Assembly: GCA_050575255.1 (NCBI GenBank)
Contig: JBNZDD010013730.1
Span: 5,454,608 to 5,518,607 of the forward strand
Length of the DNA stretch: 64,000 bases
Direction of reading: 5' to 3'
DNA from: Harriotta raleighana
Taxonomy: Eukaryota
A model generated the notes under the pieces. The model was not told the DNA's origin, did not search any database, and saw only the letters and a list, made by a program, of their open reading frames with translations. Below, one piece after another: positions 55,069 through 64,000 of this stretch. The stretch's first letter is position 1. Every line of letters begins with the position of its first letter. The translations under genes were made by a program, and so were the position numbers.

Positions 55069-55834
55069 CTGGGGGAAAAAATAAATCCTCTTAGTAAAAG
55101 GCCATATAAGCACCACATTAAAAAAAATCTTAAAGCAGCTTTTAATCATTATTACTACAGCTGCTTCTTTTAGTAAGCAGATTAAGATGTGCATGATCTT
55201 CACTCTATAAGCTTGATTTTGACCAGGATTTCTGTCACTTTATAGTTTCGGCTTAAGTGAGACACACTTGCAATTTTCACTGTGCTGCTGACCTTCACTT
55301 TAAGACAGTGGAGTGTCTCAACAGTTTCTCATCAACCGGGTCTTAAGAAAGACATTGCACACATTTTTATACTGTGTTAGAAAAAGTCGTGGTATGGAAA
55401 AAGCACAAGGGTCTGAGAAAAAAAAATGTGGCTGTGAGACCTGAGAACGATCGCAAGGTAAACATCAATACTTTATGAATGGATCAAAAAGAACTTAATG
55501 ATTCCGTTGGAAATTCACACTAATGGAAACTATGCATAAGCACACAGAATAAAAGTACCAGAAGATAAATTCTGAGACATTAAGGATAGCAAGTGGGGAA
55601 ATTCAAAATGGCAGACAGATTTGTAATTCATTGCCAAAGGTAACAAGCATTGTTGGAAACGCTAAACAAAATACTGCAGTTGTAGGAACTGCATTTTACA
55701 GTAAAGTCGGTGAAGAGCTTTGAGGTGTTCTCCCAACGAGGAAGGTCCTACATCCAATTCAAGCATTTTTTACAAAAAATGCGAGTAACGGATAAATGGG
55801 TTCAGTATATTTATCTTCTGGCTAATGATCTTAC

Positions 55835-55861
55835 TTGATATATGGCTTATTATCTTCATAG
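55835..55861 (-). CDS. ADGRL2: ADGRL2 alternative ICL3 microexon, 27 nt (YEDNKPYIK)
   Basis: Acceptor tgctttctag|C, donor AA|gtaaga. Symmetric phase 2. Resembles the latrophilin YEDN(K/R)PFIK insert. Confidence 0.88.
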
Positions 55862-56189
55862 CTAGAAAGCATTATAAGCAGAAAAGAGAAACAAAAAAAT
55901 TAGACAATATTTTAATGCAAAATGAAGAATTTTATATTTATATGCACTCACACAATTATATTTGAAGAAACTGTTTTCTTAAAATATAAGAAAGGCAAGT
56001 GCCAAACATGTTAAATTAATATAAAAATATATATTAGAAATAATTATAATTTTTAAATATTCTGAAAATTATATTTCGAAAGATATAATACTTTTGACCA
56101 AATTATCGCAAATATTAGAAGATTTAGTTAAGTCAGCAAGCATAAAATCATGCATTAATAACATTTTTTTCTGCATGATTCTTTCTTAC

Positions 56190-56234
56190 CCTGGTAAATC
56201 CGTGTTATAGTAGCCATCGCATACACGATAATTA
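56190..56234 (-). CDS. ADGRL2: ADGRL2 alternative ICL3 cassette exon, 45 nt (NNYRVCDGYYNTDLPG)
   Basis: Long pyrimidine tract, acceptor accag|T, donor GG|gtaaga. Symmetric phase 2. Peptide matches the latrophilin ICL3 insert as I recall it. Confidence 0.9.
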
Positions 56235-57307
56235 CTGGTGTGGATGAAGCGAAACAAAAGGGAGGAAAAAAGAGAAAGAGAAAAGAGAGAGAGAGAGAGA
56301 TCCTATAGATTAGCTCTCTCTCTTCATGCAGCATGCAGTGAATCTAGAATTCAAGTACAGTATCCTTCTAGTTCACTACTTCAGCGGTAAACATTACAGC
56401 ATAATCAAAGTTAGACTATTTTTTCTATCTTAAGCATTTTCTATCTACAGAGATACACACTAATATTAACATATGAAATTCAACACGGATGTCTGTTTGA
56501 TAAGGATTGTAATTTGGCAAGTTCCATAATTTATAAATGGCAAATTGTGAATGAATTTGAGTTAGTCTAATAAAGTAGAAATCAAGTTGTGTTGTACAGA
56601 CCTTCAGGAAATGTTTGATGTATGACACATTTGAGGGGAGTTTCAGATTTTAAAAAAATCCAATGTATTTAATGGCCAGTTAGGATCAGAAAAGGATAAA
56701 AAATCCACATGGAAGTATGTGTGGATTGAAATATGATTTTTAGTTTCATATATCCAAGATCACACACATTATGAAACTAGAATATTTGCTCTCATAATTC
56801 TGCACAAATAACTCATCTGTTATGTATTAGTCAGTTAATAGAAAAGCTAAATGTGCAGCTATCAGAGAAACAACCAACAACCTCCCATCTATCAACAACA
56901 GTTAAATCTCTTTAAAAAAGTTTTACAAAGAAATAGTTTGCAGAATATATAAATATGAAGTCATTTAACTGAGCAAACTTGAGAACAATCACAGTAAATA
57001 TGCAAACAAAGTCACACTGCATTTTAAATGCAAATGAAATTACTTGATTTCTGATGAACATAATGCAGGTAATTTGAATTAGAATTCATTGGCTCTTGTT
57101 CAAGTCTAAGACTCCAGTCTAATTTGGGCAAACATCAATGACCTTTCGGCTTTGGCATGGTAAAGTGGGTGATTTGAAATGGCTCTTTTAGATGACAACA
57201 GCCGTGGCGGAGAGACAAGAGGCACCATCTTGCAGTCTCTTTAGAAGCCGGTTTCTGACTAATAATAAGCATATTCAGAGGGAAAGCTTTGTGTAACAGT
57301 CACTTAC

Positions 57308-57399
57308 TTTATGTTTTCCAACCTGCTCGAATCTGGTTTCAGGGTCGATGTATGCTTCACCATTTTGTACAAGGTGATAACCAAGAAGATAAGATTAAC
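57308..57399 (-). CDS. ADGRL2: ADGRL2 exon, TM5-ICL3 ([30 protein letters not shown])
   Basis: Hand-translated. Acceptor gacag|GTT, donor AA|gtaagt. 92 nt, phase 0 to 2. [11 protein letters not shown] motif. Confidence 0.96.
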
Positions 57400-60264
57400 C
57401 TGTCGATGTGAAAAACAACAACAACATGATATTTAGAAAGCACTTTTCAGGTTCCAAGGTGCTGAGAGACATGGTTTCTGAATACATTTTTATTGGAAAC
57501 GAATGGTTTGGGATGAACATTATTCGAAAATTGCTAGTTCCGGAATTATTCTTTTGTACAATTAATGATCAGCATTAACTTCAAAATGCAAAAATGATTT
57601 GAATCTTGCTGTCACATAAAATGTAAGTTTGCTACCAGTGGGAAAATTCAGGCTTTACATCAAATTTTGATGGTGGGATTTTAATATTGCATTAAATCCT
57701 TAAAACTCAACGGCTAGATATTACGCGACAGACAAGGGCACAAAGTGCAGTTATTCAACACATTTATTTTTCCTTTAAAATCAATAAAATATTCACAGAA
57801 ATAAAGCTTTCAAAAGCAGTTAGGCTATGATTTGAGGCTCCTATTAAATAAAAAAGTACCCCAACATTTATTAAAATGCATTTAAGTTTATAGAACCTAT
57901 CAATATTACGAGAAACTCAGTGATGAGGGAGTTGGATATAAAAAGGTTTGCATTGATGAGTAGCCTCATAGATCAATGGGGAAAAAGCTTGAAACATCTC
58001 ATTCACTACTAGGATTTAATCAAATGTACTATCTTGTGATATAATTTTGTACAAAATAATATAAATCATTACCTTTCCAATAAAATATTCAAAACGTCAG
58101 TAGATGAAGCTATCAATTAGTAGGTGAATAAGCCAGTGATGTTTCCCATTGCTTTATATAGTATTGGGCCTGCTATTTCTACACCATCCTTTAAAGACAG
58201 ATATATGCAATTGCCTGGGTATGAGAGTCTCTATGAAATTGTAGAGGAATTTGGTGGGGAGTGAAAACTGCATATTCGTCAAGGGGAAAAATATAACTGT
58301 GACTGCAAACAATTTGGAGCCATCCTATGAGAATTATCTTATACGACATTTCTTTTTAAATTGTTCTTGGTTGGCGCCAGAGCTGTGTGGAACTGGCTAA
58401 GGCTAACAAATAAATGAACTGCTGATCATACCTAGATAAACTAGGTAAAGTAACAGTCTTATCGCTTCCTTTTACTAAATGTTAAGTGGCTGCAGCAAAG
58501 TGTTAGCACTACAATCTACAGCAGTTTAAAGAGTTCAACTGCAGACTACAGATTACTGGAGCGCAGAGTGTATTTTATAGCCATCAACCTGCCCAGTCGA
58601 ATCACATCTACCAAAGCTTAGTGCTTTAAAATTCATTTCACACAGCCTGCAGAACTGACATGGATACAATGAGACGCAAGCAGTGAAACACTATTTTAAA
58701 GTAACCTATCTGAACTGAACATGTTTCCACTCGCTTCATCCTCCCTGGAGTCTCCGTTACCTAGTGAAAGTAGCTCTAAAGCTTCGCTCATTTTAAAAAA
58801 TCTTTGCTGCTAGCCATGCAAAAGCCCATTCCTCTCTGGGACTGCTCGGCTACAAAGATACTCTCTGAAGAACGGCTTCAGAGCATGTGTGCAAGCTGAA
58901 CTCTAAATGAACTGAATTAAATATTAAAGGTGCAGATGGAGCTGTCCAAATGATAAGAACAGCTATTGACGTGTCATGATCTAAGCTTTCATTAAAGCAA
59001 TTCAGGCATACTAACGGCTTCCCACTGCTCATTACTTACATACTGGTTTTCATAGATATGATAACCTTCGCACCCACAGGCACGACACTTCATAGGAACG
59101 CCGGAGCTGACAAAATTATGCCTTTATGGGGCACTTTTGTGCGTGGCTTTGGCTTGGAAGCCTGGGCAGGGCGTACAGTTTCACAAAGATAAGAATAAAA
59201 TCATATTCTAAACCAAAATGATTTACAGGTTACCTATGTTTTAAAGCCCTCTTGGATAGCTGTTAATGATACAGCTCCCCAAACCGATTGCTCCACTGCA
59301 TTCTAGCACTTACTGTTTTGTTCGCTCTCTTGTCTTTGCCTGATGGGATGATCAGAGGGCAAAGCAATTGGAAGATTAGAAGTACTCATAGGAATCTGTT
59401 CTACCACACTTTTGATTGCCACTTGCTATTTCATTTGGAAGCTGGCACCACAACTCCCTGGTGTCCTTCAGTTGCAGGACTAAATGATTTGCTGGCAGAT
59501 AATAAATCCCATGCCAGGTAAAGAAGAGTGAACTGTGACCAAGCATGACCAATGCAACTGAGTAGCATTCATTTAGGTTTATTTGTTCTCTGCGGTTTGC
59601 AGTCACAAATACCTCGGCAATTCCCGGAGCTTCCAATAAAATGTTCCCACCTCCAATAAAATGTTCTGCTTATGGAAAGATTCAACAGTGTCACTGAGGC
59701 CAGATCATCCACTGTTGGCGAGCAAAGAAAAAAAGCAAGGATCAGAACTTCCCCTTGAAAATACTGTACGTGAAAATCCTTGCATCCTTTAGTTTTATTA
59801 TAGGGTGGCTTGGCAAAATGACAGATGTACTTGGCCTAATTCCAATTCCGCTTCCTGAGAATTTATTTACGTATATTAAATGGATATCAAAACTGCTGGG
59901 TCTACATGTAGTCTTAGAAATTACTTAACGACAACAGAAAAGGGAAGCTTCCTTTACATGAAAAATAAGTTGGCCTCTTGTAGATTTTAAAAAAATACTT
60001 GGAATGTCATAAGCTATATTTTCCTGCCCTGCATTATGTAGTGTGATGATTTACATTGTGAAGCAGAATGTAAATTGTGTTATTGCATCTGTTGATGGCA
60101 AGTGGAAATATCACTCAGCCTGCCTCTGGTAAGTTCAAACACGATATTTTCACATCCCTAAGTGTTGAAGGTTGCTTTATTTTAAAATATTCTCCCGGGT
60201 TTTCGACCTTTAACAATAACCAAATAAAAATAAAACAAGCAGTTAAGAAAGCCGATGGCCTCAC

Positions 60265-60331
60265 CATAATAATAAACGTAACTGGTCCAATGAAACTCCA
60301 AATGAAGTGATTATCAATTCTCAGCCAGCAG
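60265..60331 (-). CDS. ADGRL2: ADGRL2 exon, ECL2-TM5 start ([22 protein letters not shown])
   Basis: Hand-translated. Acceptor tacag|C, donor ATG|gtgagg. 67 nt, phase 2 to 0, in frame with flanking exons. CWL..WSF.GP adhesion-GPCR motif. Confidence 0.96.
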
Positions 60332-60804
60332 CTGTAGTGAGAGGAAAGAGAAATAATTAATCAACATTCAATTTCAAAAGAATTCCCAGTTACAATTTAG
60401 CTAGGAATTGTTATTATTCTTTCCTTGGATATCTAAAAATACAACACTTAAAACTGGCCAGGTAGAAATATGCTTTTCAAAATGCCATTAAACCCTGAAA
60501 AGATCCATTCAATTTGATAAAGATTTTCATCTTAAAAAGGAACTGAGGCAGCCAGAAATGATAATTGATTAGAAATGATAGATTACGGTATCAAAAATGG
60601 TTTATCCTTCAAAAGAATAACTTCCTTTTCAGTCTATTTTCAAAGTCCTTTACATCTTAGATATTACAGTTTAATCTTTGATGTCCAATTAATCCTAATC
60701 AGCTACTATTTGCTCAATTTATGTGGGTGTGTACATAGCAGTCACAGTTCCAAGAATAAATCCAACATTGTCCAGCAAGATGGGCACATTTCTCTTGAAA
60801 TGGA

Positions 60805-61762
60805 AACAGAATCTAAGACTTCCATTAACACGGCGTGTCTTCAGGCTAATACACACGCACCTCCACCCACCCACCAGACTGGATGGTAACATTGAACACA
60901 ACACAAGAACACAAAACATTGTTTGCTTCAACAAAATAAATCAGTTTGCCGAGGGGAGCGGGTTTTATATTTTGCACAAAAGGTATGTAATGAAGCATTA
61001 ACCTAAAACCATGCTCTTAAGCTAGTCAGGTATTTTTGCTTGAGAAGGTTTTCACTTAAGTGTCCATTTGTAGCCAAGAAGTATTTACTTTCCAATTTGT
61101 TTCAGGTCAAGTCTTCTGTGCATCAGGGACAGTGCATANAACAGAATCTAAGACTTCCATTAACACGGCGTGTCTTCAGGCTAATACACGTGTACGCACC
61201 TCCACCCACCCACCAGACTGGATGGTAACATTGAACACAACACAAGAACACAAAACATTGTTTGCTTCAACAAAATAAATCAGTTTGCCGAGGGGAGCGG
61301 GTTTTATATTTTGCACAAAAGGTATGTAATGAAGCATTAACCTAAAACCATGCTCTTAAGCTAGTCAGGTATTTTTGCTTGAGAAGGTTTTCACTTAAGT
61401 GTCCATTTGTAGCCAAGAAGTATTTACTTTCCAATTTGTTTCAGGTCAAGTCTTCTGTGCATCAGGGACAGTGCATAATCTGGAATCTTGCTGCCTTTCC
61501 AGTACAGCAACCCTGTTGCACTTGGAAAATCACAAATTACTTGAATGCAATTTGCATGCACCGTATCCATTCTATTAACATTAGCGCTTTTGTTATTCTG
61601 TCTGTGTCCTGCNAGGGACAGTGCATAATCTGGAATCTTGCTGCCTTTCCAGTACAGCAACCCTGTTGCACTTGGAGAATCACAAATTACTTGAATGCAA
61701 TTTGCATGCACCGTATCCATTCTATTAACATTAGCGCTTTTGTTATTCTGTCTGTGTCCTGC
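60805..61762. repeat. Two consecutive duplications around single Ns (61139, 61613), probable assembly artefacts
   Basis: 60805-61138 vs 61140-61477, and 61464-61612 vs 61614-61762. Confidence 0.88.
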
Positions 61763-61842
61763 TGACAGACTGCCCACCTTACAGTAATTCTCCTTGTGAT
61801 CAACAACATGCAGAGTGTTTTAAATTGCCCGCCATCACTTAC

Positions 61843-62063
61843 GCTTTCTCTGTTCCATAACTCTCATAGTCGATAGCTGTGGAGACTCCCACAACTATAG
61901 CTGGAAAGAGGTAACCGCAGAGGTAAAAGTACTTTTTCCGAGAGTATTCACTTTCAAATACCTCCACTAACAGGAGATAGAGCTGAACACCTTCCAAGCA
62001 CATCCAAGCGAATGCAGCAAGGAAGAAAAAGTGCAGCACGCCAGCAAAAATGGGACAGGCAAT
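61843..62063 (-). CDS. ADGRL2: ADGRL2 (latrophilin-2) exon, TM3-ICL2-TM4 ([29 protein letters not shown]...YESYGTEKA)
   Basis: Translation matches the latrophilin 7TM motif [19 protein letters not shown]. Acceptor ttgcag|ATT, donor GC|gtaagt. 221 nt, phase 0 to 2. Confidence 0.96.
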
Positions 62064-62199
62064 CTGCAACAGACAAAGATTTGATTTATCGTTACAAATA
62101 AATTACAGAAAGCATAAGCTTCAACGACCACTTTGCAAACTGCTGAATATATTACTACCCAAAGTTTATCTTAGCACCTGCACTGTGAGACTGGATTTC

Positions 62200-62420
62200 G
62201 AGGTTTAGGCTAGAGTTTCAGTGCAGGCTTGGAGCCCAGCATTGTCGGAACTGTTATTGTTCGATTAACCCAACATCTTCAGGGGTGTTAAAACCAAGAT
62301 CTAGTCTTTCAAGTGGACGCTAAAGAGAAAGGAAGTGGACATGTCAAAAAGAAAAAGGAGTTCCCCCCAATGTCCTAGCCAACATCCCCCCACCCCACGA
62401 TTAATTGGTCAACAAATACC
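62200..62420 (+). mobile_element. Deu-domain-like SINE remnant
   Basis: ttaaaacc...tcaagtggacgctaaaga...aaaaagaaaaaggagttcccccc..tgtcctagccaacat resembles the DeuSINE central domain (from memory). Confidence 0.5.
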
Positions 62421-64000
62421 CAAAGCAGTCGGGAGATGTTTCAAGGTGAGAAGGTGCTATTACGCATACGGAAGTACTTTCTTTCTAGACACTTATTAAA
62501 CAAAAGACTGAAATCAAACACAACAATTATTTTTGTCCTCATCTGTTTCAGGGGAAAGGTCAGGCTACTCAACTGATTGGAAGGAGCAGTTTTCCAAATT
62601 GCCAGTTTCAGTGAAAACAACAAGGAACTCTACAGTGCAAGTCACATTAATAACACAATCTCTTTGTCTCTACATCCTCTAAAAATTACTATAATGACAC
62701 CAAACTCTCAGAACACAGCATTGACATTTATATAAATGACTAATCACTGCAAACCTAATTTCAAACTTTGCATTTTTTAAATAATTCAACACTTTCCCAT
62801 GTAATTACATTAAAAAAACATAATGCAGATCGCATATGCATCTTATCTATCCGACCTCTGAAATAGTTATACCACAAGATGAATTTTTGATGAGAGAAGG
62901 CGGGAGATTAGAAAAGTAAATGAACAGAAATTACCAAGGATTTGATGAGTTGTTAAGTATTAAAATACTCTGTAATTTGGGATGTTTTGTTCAAAACAGT
63001 TTTACACTATGTCATTTAATTTGCCCTTACTAAAAATGTGATACTCCCCAGATGTCTACTCCCTAACAGAACACTACTGCACACATATGAGTGTGGAAAT
63101 GTGTCACATCTGTTTGGGTAGTCACGCTAAAGTGCCTTCAGAAACAGATACGAGAAGTAAATATTCCATGTTAGGTTCACAGCAAATTAAAATCTTCAAT
63201 TCTGTGTCTAATAGTAGTAATTAGTAATAAATGTTGTAAACAACTGCTAAATAATACTGGATTTTATTGAAATCCAAATCTCCCAAAGTATTTTTTTCAG
63301 ATTCTATTTGACAAATAAGTTATTTTGCTGCCTAACAATTTAAGATTAAGTTACCAGTTCCAAATGTTAGGTATTTAGCAGACAATCCCACCTGAATACA
63401 GTATACTGGTAAAGTCAGGTGAGTTGTCAGTTAAGGATAGAAATCCCAATATTTGCCCTCACCACTTCACATTCACAGCCTCCTGCTAAATGGACACCTG
63501 AGGTACCAACATTAATCAAGCTTTCAATAATGTTCTTCCAAGTGCTAATATCTCAAATTAAAAGAAACGATTGTATGTCGCTCGAAATCATTGTGTGAGA
63601 AAGTTGCACCATGGTTAAATAGTTATTGTAAAGCTGGAGAATACTAGATTACATTGAACACAGAGGAATTAGCATCTCAGTCCATTTGCTCCCTCCAAAA
63701 TGCTCAGGGACAAACACCTACTCTTTGCACCCATTTCCCACACAGGGTTGGGGGTGGGGGGAGAGTGCTGCTTCAGGGAATGGCAACATGCCATATGAAA
63801 GAGCACAGCATGTCGACACAGATGGAAAAAAAAACTTGAGACTATGTGAGAAAGTCCCTGCTCCCCCCACCAAAAATTAACTCAATATCTTCTGGATCAG
63901 TGGATTTATGGTTGCCTTTCTACATTGCCAATAACCAAATCTTTCAATGAAACAGCCTGGAGAATGCTCTTTAATCAAAAAGACAAATGGTGACGGTGTT

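Noticed and set aside
56701-56790. Twin hairpins as an intronic H/ACA snoRNA or pre-miRNA
   Set aside because: No properly placed H or ACA boxes, and the stems are too short and AT-rich.
61379-61777. ORFs with internal peptide repeats
   Set aside because: Produced by N-joined assembly duplications.

Overview
AT-rich vertebrate genomic DNA, not prokaryotic. The repeat content (L2/CR1 tails, tRNA-SINEs, a Deu-domain-like SINE) is compatible with a cartilaginous fish, but that is inference. The right ~24 kb holds the 3' part of the adhesion GPCR latrophilin-2 (ADGRL2/LPHN2) on the minus strand: the TM3-TM7 exons, the C-tail exons, a last exon ending in the PDZ ligand ...QLVTSL, and the 3' UTR. 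The gene continues beyond the right edge. Reading splice sites by hand recovered small exons that the ORF track misses or only clips: two ICL3 cassettes (45 and 27 nt), an 18/52-nt exon with two donors, a 52-nt cassette with stops in all three frames, and two speculative extra exons. Bases 1-~39,000 show no recognisable gene, only decayed LINE/SINE fragments, MITEs (one hAT MITE nested in a SINE) and a few enhancer-like blocks. Four near-identical tandem duplications, each split by a single N, look like assembly artefacts. I found no convincing wholly new biological system. The best leads are the splice switches of ADGRL2's intracellular regions.
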